Assembly: GCF_008086345.1 (NCBI RefSeq)
Contig: NZ_CP043006.1
Location: forward strand, 470,032-494,031
Direction of reading: 5' to 3'
Origin: Chitinophaga sp. XS-30
GTDB taxonomy: Bacteria > Bacteroidota > Bacteroidia > Chitinophagales > Chitinophagaceae
DNA length: 24,000 bases
Shown: piece by piece, positions 17,165 through 24,000 of the stretch
Layout of the letters: every line of letters begins with the position of its first letter
Numbering within the stretch: position 1 is the stretch's first letter
Program-made: the position numbers and the translations under genes
The notes under the pieces: model-generated
The model's input: only the letters and a program-made list of their open reading frames with translations
What the model was told of the DNA's origin: nothing
The model's database searches: none

Positions 17165-17760
17165 TGTTTGCCTGCCATCCTTTTGCGGATGCGGCTGAGC
17201 GAAGGGCCCTGAATACCGAGATAGGAAGCAATGTGGTAGAGCGGTACGGCATTAAAGATATCAGGATGTTGCCGGGTCAACTCCTGGTATCGCTGCTCGG
17301 GGGTCAGGAAAATAAAATCTTCGGCACGATTCATCGCCAGCCCGAAGGCCTTTTCAGCGACCAGCCGGCCAAACCGCTCCCATTCATGGGACTGGCGGTA
17401 CAGGGAAGTCAGTTGTTCATACTGTATGTAGTAAATAACGGCATCGGTCATCGCGGCGGTGTGATAGTTGCAGGGGGCCTGATCTACAAAACTTTTATAC
17501 GATACCACGATCTGGTGCTTCGAGAAAAAGAACACGTTCTTTTCTTCCGCCGTGGCATCATCTATATAGTAAGTCCTGAAAACGCCGTCGAGAATAAAAC
17601 CAAGATGCTTGCAAACGTTCTTGTATTCATTGAAGAATTCACCTTTCCCGTAATGCTTCTGTTGCCAGAACGAAGCAGATAAGGCGAATGCCTCTCCGCT
17701 CATGCCGGCAAAATCCTTAAAAGCATATTCCAGAAGTTCGAACGCTGTCATCTTTAACAA
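17161..17760 (-). CDS. Crp/Fnr-family transcriptional regulator (cNMP-binding domain + C-terminal HTH, 199 aa)
   Basis: Family-typical layout and size, with a beta-roll region (GFILDGVFRTYYIDD...) and an HTH (LYHIASYLGIQGPSLSRIRKRM). No N-terminal FNR-type Cys cluster. Confidence 0.85.
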   Translation of the reverse strand: MLKMTAFELLEYAFKDFAGMSGEAFALSASFWQQKHYGKGEFFNEYKNVCKHLGFILDGVFRTYYIDDATAEEKNVFFFSKHQIVVSYKSFVDQAPCNYHTAAMTDAVIYYIQYEQLTSLYRQSHEWERFGRLVAEKAFGLAMNRAEDFIFLTPEQRYQELTRQHPDIFNAVPLYHIASYLGIQGPSLSRIRKRMAGKQ

Positions 17761-17854
17761 AAATAACGATCAGAAATTATTATTTTGGAAGATGTTTTTC
17801 CCGGCAGAAGCCACCGCTTTTGCTGTCAGCATCAAAACGAAAGTATATCCACGT

Positions 17855-19291
17855 ATGAAAAGATCGATCTCCCTGCTGCTTTTTGCAGTCATTTCTATGC
17901 AAACGTTTGCTCAACTGAAGCAGGACGATGGCTACCGCGGTATCTGGTACAGCATCGGCCGCACCAATAATGAATATACCTACAAATACGGCGGCGGCCT
18001 GGGCACCTATCCCTCCAATCATTATCCATTCGCCGTATATGCGCCAAAGGTGCAGAAGACCTTTTTCTGTTACGGCGGCACCGATACCGCAGGTACTACG
18101 CTATACCATGAAGTGGGTTATTTCGATCATGCCACCGGCATGGTATCCCGCCCGGTGCTGGTGCTGGACAAACAGACGGACGATGCGCATGATAATCCGG
18201 TGCTGCAGGTGGACAGGGATGGGCACATCTGGCTGTTCTCCACCTCTCACGGCACTTCCCGCCCTTCATTCATCCACAAAAGCAACCGGCCCTACGATAT
18301 CAGCGCCTTCACCCGCATACATCCCACAAAAATGGAAAACGGACAAGCGGTGCCGCTGGACAATTTTTCCTACCTCCAGGTGTATTACGATGCGGAAGAA
18401 GGTTTCCTGGCGCTGTTTACCCATTACGAACAAAAACAGCTGCGTTACGGCAGGAAGAACTGCCGGGTGATCGCCTATATGAAAAGCAGGGACGGCATCA
18501 CCTGGTCTGCCTGGAAAGATATCGCCAATATGGAGGAAGGACATTACCAGACGAGCGGGCAATCGGGGAAACGCATCGGCACGGCATTCAATCATCACCC
18601 GAACGTCCGCACCGGGGCGGGACTGGATTACCGTACCAACCTCTATTACCTGTACACGGATGATTTCGGGGAAAGCTGGAAAACGGCGGACGGAAAGACG
18701 GTCAACCTGCCCCTGCTGGAGACCGGTAAAACGGGGTTGGTAAAGGATTATGCCGCTGAAAAAAAGAATGTGTATATCAATGATGTGAATTTTGATGCGG
18801 ACGGTCATCCGGTGATCCTGTATGAAACGAGCAAAGGGCCGGAGCCCGGCCCTCAGAACGGGCCTTATCAATGGTACACCGCACGCTGGACGGGCAGGGA
18901 TTGGGATGTCAGGCCGTTTACGGCCTCGGATCACAATTACGATATGGGATCGCTGATGATCGGGGAAGACGGCAGCTGGCGGGTAGTGGCGCCAACCGAT
19001 GCGGGACCGCAACGGTATAATACCGGCGGCGAGATCGTGATGTGGCTCAGCAAAGATCATGGCAGGCACTGGAGCAGGGAAAAACAGCTGACGCAGCAAA
19101 GCGAACGGAACCATTCCTATCCCCGGCGGACCGTGAACGGCCATCCGGGTTTTTATGCTTTTTGGGCAGACGGGAACGGGAGGAAACCTTCCGTATCAAG
19201 ACTCTACTTCGCTGACCTGCAGGGCCATGTGTTCAGGCTGCCGGAAAAAATGACCAGGCCGATGATGAAACCGGAAAAAACCGGGGAATAG
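17855..19291 (+). CDS. Secreted BNR repeat-containing protein, BNR_4-like family (478 aa from preferred start)
   Basis: Signal peptide MKRSISLLLFAVISMQTFAQ, then the family-typical start DDGYRGIWYSIGRTNNEYTYKYGGGLGTYPSNHYPFAVYAPKVQKTFFCYGGT. Sialidase-like Asp-box elements are present (SRDGITWS, SKDHGRHWS, DDFGESWK). Track start 17702 overlaps the divergent crp gene and is rejected. Confidence 0.8.
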   Translation: MKRSISLLLFAVISMQTFAQLKQDDGYRGIWYSIGRTNNEYTYKYGGGLGTYPSNHYPFAVYAPKVQKTFFCYGGTDTAGTTLYHEVGYFDHATGMVSRPVLVLDKQTDDAHDNPVLQVDRDGHIWLFSTSHGTSRPSFIHKSNRPYDISAFTRIHPTKMENGQAVPLDNFSYLQVYYDAEEGFLALFTHYEQKQLRYGRKNCRVIAYMKSRDGITWSAWKDIANMEEGHYQTSGQSGKRIGTAFNHHPNVRTGAGLDYRTNLYYLYTDDFGESWKTADGKTVNLPLLETGKTGLVKDYAAEKKNVYINDVNFDADGHPVILYETSKGPEPGPQNGPYQWYTARWTGRDWDVRPFTASDHNYDMGSLMIGEDGSWRVVAPTDAGPQRYNTGGEIVMWLSKDHGRHWSREKQLTQQSERNHSYPRRTVNGHPGFYAFWADGNGRKPSVSRLYFADLQGHVFRLPEKMTRPMMKPEKTGE

Positions 19292-19306
19292 CGGTTATGC
19301 TATTCC
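19285..19306. terminator. Hairpin spanning both stop codons of a convergent gene pair (8-bp stem GGAATAGC / GCTATTCC, 6-nt loop)
   Basis: Read directly. The BNR gene stop TAG (19289-19291) is in the left arm, and the acidic-protein stop (complement of 19300-19302) is in the right arm. On the minus strand the hairpin is followed by CCGG then TTTTTT, so it is terminator-like for the acidic-protein gene. There is no T-run on the plus strand. Confidence 0.45.
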
Positions 19307-19578
19307 TCATCGTCGTCATCATCTTCATCTTCTTCCAGCCACTCCATATAGGAATAGTACCACTCTTCAAGCTCATCGAGGAGCTGCTGCTTCTTTTCCG
19401 GCTCCCCGTGAAAATATTCCTCCACATTATCAATTTCCTCCACAATATCAATATAGGCTACTTCTTCATCTTCTTCTACACGTTTGGCAAAGAAGCGGGG
19501 CCGCTCTGTATGAAAGATGTATTCATTATCCGGATCGGTAACAGGATCATCTGCAATCATGAATTTTGGTAACGCCAT
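19300..19578 (-). CDS. Hyper-acidic small protein (92 aa), function unknown
   Basis: MALPKFMIADDPVTDPDNEYIFHTERPRFFAKRVEEDEEVAYIDIVEEIDNVEEYFHGEPEKKQQLLDELEEWYYSYMEWLEEDEDDDDDEE. By hand count about 35 D/E versus 7 K/R, with a poly-acidic tail. Clean ORF with its own AT-rich upstream region and a downstream hairpin. Confidence 0.6.
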   Translation of the reverse strand: MALPKFMIADDPVTDPDNEYIFHTERPRFFAKRVEEDEEVAYIDIVEEIDNVEEYFHGEPEKKQQLLDELEEWYYSYMEWLEEDEDDDDDEE

Positions 19579-19691
19579 TGGATAATATTTTAAAATTGAT
19601 AACTAAGACTACAAAAGTATAAATAATGTAGTAAAGATGCCCGCCGATATTCTACCGGGATTTTCCGGGTTATTGTCGTAGTTTTGCAAAC

Positions 19692-19706
19692 ATCAGATGA
19701 TATGAT
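19692..19706. promoter_or_regulatory. Imperfect palindrome ATCAGAT-G-ATATGAT overlapping the gntR start codon (candidate autoregulatory operator)
   Basis: Shares the 14-nt string AAACATCAGATGAT (19688-19701) exactly with 20393-20406. One mismatch relative to the perfect copy. Confidence 0.45.
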
Positions 19707-20376
19707 GAACTCACCCATACTTCCACTGAAACGTAAAAACCTGGCCGACGAGGTGGCCGGGCGGCTGCAGCAGCTTATTTGCTCCAGCCAATATACCATA
19801 GGGCAGCAACTGCCCACCGAACCGGAGCTGATGCAGCAGTTCGGCGTGGGCCGGTCTACCGTCCGCGAAGCGGTGCGGCTGCTGGTGAACGCGGGGCTGG
19901 TGCGGGTACAGCAGGGGCTGGGGACGTTCATCATTTCGCAGCAGGCCATGGCGGAACCACTGGCTCAACGGCTGCATCGTGCACATTACCAGGACCTTAA
20001 CGAAGTACGGCTGCTGCTGGAAGTGAAGATCGCGGAGAAAGCGGCGCAGAACAGAACGAAGGAAGATCTGGGAAAGATGAAGCTTTACCTGAAACAACGC
20101 TTTGAACATGGAAAAGCCAATAATGTGGAGGCCTGCATGCAGGCGGACATCAACTTCCATATCAGCATAGCGGAGGCTTCAAAGAACGAGATCATGGTGG
20201 ACCTCTACAAGACCATCGCCACCCATCTCAAACAGTCTTTCTCCGAACGCTTTGCGGACACCTCCACTTTCCTGGAGACCCAACATCTGCATAAATCGCT
20301 GTTGCAGAGCATTGCAGACAAAGACCCGGCGCAGGCGCTGCTATGGGCAACGCGTATCAGTACGCACACCAAATGA
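19702..20376 (+). CDS. GntR-family transcriptional regulator, FadR subfamily (winged HTH + FCD domain; 224 aa from ATG 19702)
   Basis: N-terminal wHTH (LADEVAGRLQQLICSSQYTIGQQLPTEPELMQQFGVGRSTVREAVRLLVNAGLVRVQQGLGTFI) and a helical FCD-type C-terminal domain (DINFHISIAEASKNEIMVDLYKTI). Track start is TTG at 19684; ATG at 19702 or 19705 is more likely. Confidence 0.85.
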   Translation: MMNSPILPLKRKNLADEVAGRLQQLICSSQYTIGQQLPTEPELMQQFGVGRSTVREAVRLLVNAGLVRVQQGLGTFIISQQAMAEPLAQRLHRAHYQDLNEVRLLLEVKIAEKAAQNRTKEDLGKMKLYLKQRFEHGKANNVEACMQADINFHISIAEASKNEIMVDLYKTIATHLKQSFSERFADTSTFLETQHLHKSLLQSIADKDPAQALLWATRISTHTK

Positions 20377-20396
20377 CTATTTTTTTGCCTTTAAAC

Positions 20397-20411
20397 ATCA
20401 GATGATCTGAT
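20397..20411. promoter_or_regulatory. Perfect 15-bp palindrome ATCAGAT-G-ATCTGAT, 4 nt upstream of the MFS start codon (candidate GntR operator)
   Basis: Read directly. 7-bp arms with a 1-bp centre, in the 38-nt gntR-MFS spacer. Confidence 0.5.
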
Positions 20412-20414
20412 TAT

Positions 20415-21647
20415 ATGGAAACTGTAGCTTTAGAAGAAGAAAAGACCGCGGCGCAAAACCTCGCGGAAAAGACCGTATTCTCCGTTTTGCTGGCCCTCAG
20501 CTTTACCCATTTGCTGAATGACACGATCCAGTCCATCATCCCGGCCATTTATCCGCTGGTGAAAGACTCGCTCCAACTGAGTTTTTCGCAGATCGGGCTG
20601 ATCACCCTCACCTTCCAGCTCTCTGCGTCCATTCTGCAGCCGCTGGTAGGGTTGTACACGGACAAAAAGCCGCAGCCCTATTCCCTGGCTATCGGCATGG
20701 GCTTTACGCTGGCGGGGCTGATATGCCTCTCGCTCGCGCATCATTTTTCGATCGTGCTGGTGTCTGTAGCGTTGATCGGGGTTGGTTCCGCCATCTTCCA
20801 TCCCGAAGCTTCGAGGCTGGCCTATATGGCTTCCGGCGGGCGGCATGGCATGGCCCAGTCCCTCTTCCAGGTAGGAGGGAATACCGGGAGTTCACTGGGA
20901 CCGCTGCTTGCGGCGGCCATCATTGTTCCCCTCGGCCAGTTCCACATCATCTGGTTCTCGGTGATCGCGCTCGTTGCCATCATTGTAATGCTGCGGATCA
21001 GCAAATGGTACCTGCGGAACACCCATCGCATCAAACCCAAAAGAAAAACAACCTTCCAGCCGGAGCGCGTGAAACTCTCCCGCGGGAAGGTCACCTTTGC
21101 ACTGGTGATCCTGATGGTGCTGATCTTCTCCAAATACTTCTACATGGCCAGCCTCACCAGCTATTACACCTTTTACCTGATCGACAAATTCAATGTATCC
21201 GTGCAGAGCGCACAGGTGTACCTCTTCATTTTCCTCTTTGCCATCGCGGCCGGCACATTCATCGGCGGGCCGGTAGGTGACCGCATCGGGCGGAAGTATG
21301 TGATCTGGATCTCCATTCTCGGGGTTGCGCCTTTCGCTTTGCTGATGCCGCACGTCAACCTGTTCTGGACGGCGGTGCTGAGCGTTTTCATCGGCGTGAT
21401 CCTTTCATCGGCCTTTTCCGCCATCCTTGTATATGCGCAGGAACTGGTGCCGGGTAAAGTGGGCATGATAGCGGGACTGTTCTTCGGCTTCGCTTTCGGC
21501 ATGGCCGGCATCGGCTCCGCCCTGCTGGGCGAGCTGGCGGACAGGACCAGCATCAACTATGTTTACCAGGTATGCGCTTATCTGCCGTTGATAGGATTGC
21601 TGACGGGACTGCTGCCGAATATTGAAGGGAAACGCAGGCGCAGCTGA
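20415..21647 (+). CDS. fsr: MFS transporter, Fsr (fosmidomycin-resistance)-like subfamily (410 aa)
   Basis: The N-terminal region LSFTHLLNDTIQSIIPAIYPLVKDSLQLSFSQIGLITLTFQLSASILQPLVGLYTDKKPQPYSLAIGMGFTLAGL closely parallels my recollection of E. coli Fsr (SLSHLLNDMIQSL...IGMITLTFQLASSLLQPVVGYWTDK). About 12 TM helices. Confidence 0.85.
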   Translation: METVALEEEKTAAQNLAEKTVFSVLLALSFTHLLNDTIQSIIPAIYPLVKDSLQLSFSQIGLITLTFQLSASILQPLVGLYTDKKPQPYSLAIGMGFTLAGLICLSLAHHFSIVLVSVALIGVGSAIFHPEASRLAYMASGGRHGMAQSLFQVGGNTGSSLGPLLAAAIIVPLGQFHIIWFSVIALVAIIVMLRISKWYLRNTHRIKPKRKTTFQPERVKLSRGKVTFALVILMVLIFSKYFYMASLTSYYTFYLIDKFNVSVQSAQVYLFIFLFAIAAGTFIGGPVGDRIGRKYVIWISILGVAPFALLMPHVNLFWTAVLSVFIGVILSSAFSAILVYAQELVPGKVGMIAGLFFGFAFGMAGIGSALLGELADRTSINYVYQVCAYLPLIGLLTGLLPNIEGKRRRS

Positions 21648-21773
21648 TAAACGGTAGGACGGGGGTGCATGAAAGGTAAATAGTGAAGCCGGAAATCACC
21701 TAAGCACAGGTGGACTCCATGCCCGGTCGCTTTTTACTTCGCCCGCACAGTTGAAGCCCGGTTTAAATGCCCA

Positions 21774-22499
21774 CTACAACCTTACATACCCCGCCAGCTG
21801 CAGCACATGGATATTCGTAAATGCGTTGTTGCGGCCGGAAATATAATTGTTGAGATACCCTGTTTCCAGATCGAAACGGGGGCTGAAACGGTACCCGATG
21901 GCCAGGTACGCCCGGTTCTGGTCAAATGCTTTGCCATTCACGGCATCAGTATTGGCGAAATTCAGGAATATCTCGTTCTGTACCGCGGCGAAAGGGCCTT
22001 TGGAAAACGCGCCCTGCCCGCTGAAAGGAATGATGCCGCGCAGGAAATAACGGAAACGGTGCGTCAGTTCATGCCCGTCCTTTTCCAGTTCATTGTTGTT
22101 CACCACCGGGTTGCCGATAAAACGCTGCTCCACGCGGAAACGGTGCTGTACCGGAATAAAATCCAGCTTATGGCCGACAATGAACTGCTCCCAGATGCGA
22201 TGCTCGGAGAGATATGCGGTCACATCATCCAGCGTACGCCTTGCGCCTACCCAGCCATAACCCACAGTAGCGATCATATTGCTGCGGAAATGGTAATTCA
22301 GCCCCGGACGCACGAGGAAGGTCTGAAATTCCCGCCATTCATGCGTGCTGCGCGCCTGTACATCCAGGTGAATGCTCAGCTTGGTTTTCTTGATAGAAAA
22401 AGTATTGAACGATGCAAGCCAGCTGGAAAATTGTGTGGATTGTGATCTTGCTGCCGTTGTGCTGATGATGAAAATGCCGATGATTAAAATACGCCTCAT
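21774..22499 (-). CDS. DUF2490-family protein (predicted outer-membrane beta-barrel, 241 aa from preferred start)
   Basis: Signal peptide MRRILIIGIFIISTTAARSQ (ATG 22499 preferred over 22547). Alternating beta-strand pattern with DUF2490-like blocks (SSWLASFNTFSIKKTKLSIHLDVQARS, EHRIWEQF, RFRVEQRF, RAYLAIGYRF) and a C-terminal aromatic-rich end. Confidence 0.7.
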   Translation of the reverse strand: MRRILIIGIFIISTTAARSQSTQFSSWLASFNTFSIKKTKLSIHLDVQARSTHEWREFQTFLVRPGLNYHFRSNMIATVGYGWVGARRTLDDVTAYLSEHRIWEQFIVGHKLDFIPVQHRFRVEQRFIGNPVVNNNELEKDGHELTHRFRYFLRGIIPFSGQGAFSKGPFAAVQNEIFLNFANTDAVNGKAFDQNRAYLAIGYRFSPRFDLETGYLNNYISGRNNAFTNIHVLQLAGYVRL

Positions 22500-22607
22500 A
22501 ACTAGAATACTTTTTTGCCTCGGCCAAAAATAAGGCCCGCTGCCCACTTATTCAAACTATACACCATCTCCTCGCCCCGTTCGTCATCTTCTTCCTACCT
22601 TTGCCAT

Positions 22608-23570
22608 ATGCCTGTGCTGTCCACATCAGATTACAAAGCACCCGCCCTGTTGCGGAACCGCCATTTGCTGACCATCTTTCCCTCGCTTTTCCGGAAGCAG
22701 AAAACGGTCAACTATACCCGTACCCGCATTCCCACGCATGACAATGATTTCCTGGACCTGGATTTCAGCCGTGTGGCGAGTGATAAGCTGGTGATCATCC
22801 TGCATGGGCTGGAAGGCGACACCCGCCGGCAGTACATGACCGGGATGGTGCATATTTTCAACGAAGGCGGTTATGATACGGTATGCATGAATTTCCGCGG
22901 CTGCAGCGGCGAGATCAACAATGCGCTGCGATTCTATCACAGTGGGGAAACGGGGGATCTGGAGACCGTGGTCCGCTATATTACCGGCACCGAAAAATAC
23001 CAAAGCATTCATCTGCTGGGATTCTCGCTCGGCGGAAATGTAACACTGAAATATATCGGGGAACAGGGCACGGGCATCCCCGCCATCATCCGTTCCGCCG
23101 TAGCCATATCCGTGCCCTGCGATCTGAAAGACAGTTCCGTGGAGCTGGAAAAACGGCATAACTTCATCTATATGCGGCGCTTTATCCGCTCACTCGGGGA
23201 GAAGCTGGAGATCAAAGCGCAAAAGTTTCCTGAAATATCCCTGAAAGACTTTTCGGCTATCCGAAACTTCAAACAGTTTGATGACCGCTACACCGCACCC
23301 ATGCATGGCTTCAGGAATGCTGAAGAATACTGGGAAGCGGCCAGCTCCAAAAAATTCCTGCCGGCCATCCGCATCCCTACACTGCTCATCAATGCGCTGG
23401 ACGATCCTTTCCTGGGCAAAGGCAGCTTTCCGTACGAAGAGGCGGAACAAAACCCCTGGTTCCACCTGGAAACACCGCAAACAGGCGGCCATGTGGGATT
23501 CGTATCCTTCTCCGGCAAACACTACTGGTCGGAATTACGGGCATTCCGGTTCATCCAGGAGCATCCGTAA
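22608..23570 (+). CDS. Alpha/beta-fold hydrolase, YheT-like (320 aa from preferred start)
   Basis: HGLEGDTRRQYM (oxyanion-region motif of the YheT/ABHD1-3 group), nucleophile elbow GFSLGGN, and downstream Asp (ALDDPF) and His (GGHVGF) candidates. ATG 22608 preferred; the upstream extension is Ser/Pro-rich junk. Confidence 0.85.
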   Translation: MPVLSTSDYKAPALLRNRHLLTIFPSLFRKQKTVNYTRTRIPTHDNDFLDLDFSRVASDKLVIILHGLEGDTRRQYMTGMVHIFNEGGYDTVCMNFRGCSGEINNALRFYHSGETGDLETVVRYITGTEKYQSIHLLGFSLGGNVTLKYIGEQGTGIPAIIRSAVAISVPCDLKDSSVELEKRHNFIYMRRFIRSLGEKLEIKAQKFPEISLKDFSAIRNFKQFDDRYTAPMHGFRNAEEYWEAASSKKFLPAIRIPTLLINALDDPFLGKGSFPYEEAEQNPWFHLETPQTGGHVGFVSFSGKHYWSELRAFRFIQEHP

Positions 23571-23776
23571 CCATAATATCAGACCTCATTCGCACTGTTG
23601 GATAAAAAAGCCTATATTCGCATAATTATTTTTATATCCCCTCTCTCCGCAGATCCGGATTATTCCCCCTCGGCAGTCAGGTTCACTTAAAATGATGTGT
23701 GGATATACAATCTAGCCATCCTTCTCTTAATAAGCTTTGGATTGTTAGCATCATTTTAAATTAAACTATACATACT

Positions 23777-24000
23777 TTGTCATTTGAGAAATTAGGTCTC
23801 ATTGCGCCTATTTTACGCGCACTTGAAACACAGGGCTATACTGCGCCCACACCGATCCAGTCTCAAGCCATCCCTATCTTGCTGGCTAAAAAAGACCTGC
23901 TGGCCTGTTCACAGACAGGTACCGGCAAAACCGCCGCATTTGCCATTCCCATCCTGCAATTGCTTTATCAGCAAAAACAGGCGGAGCCAAACGGCGCGCG
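23777..24000 (+). CDS. DEAD-box ATP-dependent RNA helicase, N-terminal ~74 codons; runs off the window
   Basis: Absent from the track. The frame opens after an in-frame TAA (23762-23764), and the only start is TTG 23777. My translation: (M)[62 protein letters not shown]. This contains the Q-motif (GYTAPTPIQ) and motif I/Walker A (SQTGTGKT). Confidence 0.85.
   Translation, partial: MSFEKLGLIAPILRALETQGYTAPTPIQSQAIPILLAKKDLLACSQTGTGKTAAFAIPILQLLYQQKQAEPNGA

Noticed and set aside
18266-19144. 292-aa ORF on the minus strand
   Set aside because: Antisense to the BNR_4 gene. P/R/G/I-rich translation without domains, whereas the plus frame has a signal peptide and Asp-boxes.
21648-21773. Possible terminator or ncRNA between the convergent MFS and DUF2490 genes
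   Set aside because: Only 4-5 bp stems (for example CACCT/AGGTG) without flanking U-tracts. No tRNA-like T-loop or other recognisable RNA motif.
22596-22603. TACCTTTG, an exact match to the Bacteroidota -7 promoter consensus TAnnTTTG
   Set aside because: It ends only 4 nt before the preferred hydrolase ATG (22608), so a TSS placed by it would fall at or beyond the start codon. An 8-mer with two free positions is expected by chance, so I do not report it as a promoter.
1-24000. Search for CRISPR arrays, tRNA/rRNA genes, IS elements, integrases, toxin-antitoxin pairs or known defence-system genes
   Set aside because: By eye I found no spaced repeat arrays, no terminal inverted repeats flanking a transposase-like ORF, and no nuclease, ATPase or methylase gene clusters. 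The window looks like core chromosome, and I do not claim a hidden system without evidence.

Overview
High-GC chromosomal segment with Bacteroidota hallmarks (SusC/SusD pair, ECF sigma/FecR pair, lipoprotein signal peptides); the lineage is an inference. I support about 24 genes. (1) 1-8787, minus strand: a polysaccharide-utilisation-type operon with ECF sigma, FecR anti-sigma, SusC-like TonB receptor carrying an N-terminal signalling domain, SusD-like lipoprotein, PKD-domain lipoprotein, and an HGSNAT-like (DUF1624/DUF5009) membrane acyltransferase that runs off the 5' edge and is absent from the ORF track. (2) 8934-16350: housekeeping and stress genes, namely a beta-hydroxyacid-dehydrogenase/imine-reductase-like oxidoreductase, a P-type cation ATPase split by a single-base frameshift, a PA2169/DUF2383 four-helix-bundle protein, a voltage-gated-type K+ channel with a C-terminal zinc ribbon, and cydAB. 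(3) 16351-17164: an AT-richer islet of small orphan ORFs. (4) 17161-24000: a Crp/Fnr regulator, a BNR_4-family protein, a hyper-acidic 92-aa orphan, a GntR(FadR-type)/Fsr-like MFS pair sharing a palindromic motif, a DUF2490 protein, a YheT-like alpha/beta hydrolase, and the 5' end of a DEAD-box helicase (TTG start, runs off the 3' edge). I saw no CRISPR array, tRNA/rRNA, transposase, integrase or recognisable defence system, and cannot honestly claim a novel multi-gene system. The best leads are small: the acidic orphan, the GntR palindromes, a perfect 16-bp tandem repeat in the fecR-susC spacer, the ATPase frameshift and the orphan ORF islet. Several long ORFs in the track (397, 322, 292, 198 aa) are antisense shadows of real genes in GC-rich DNA.
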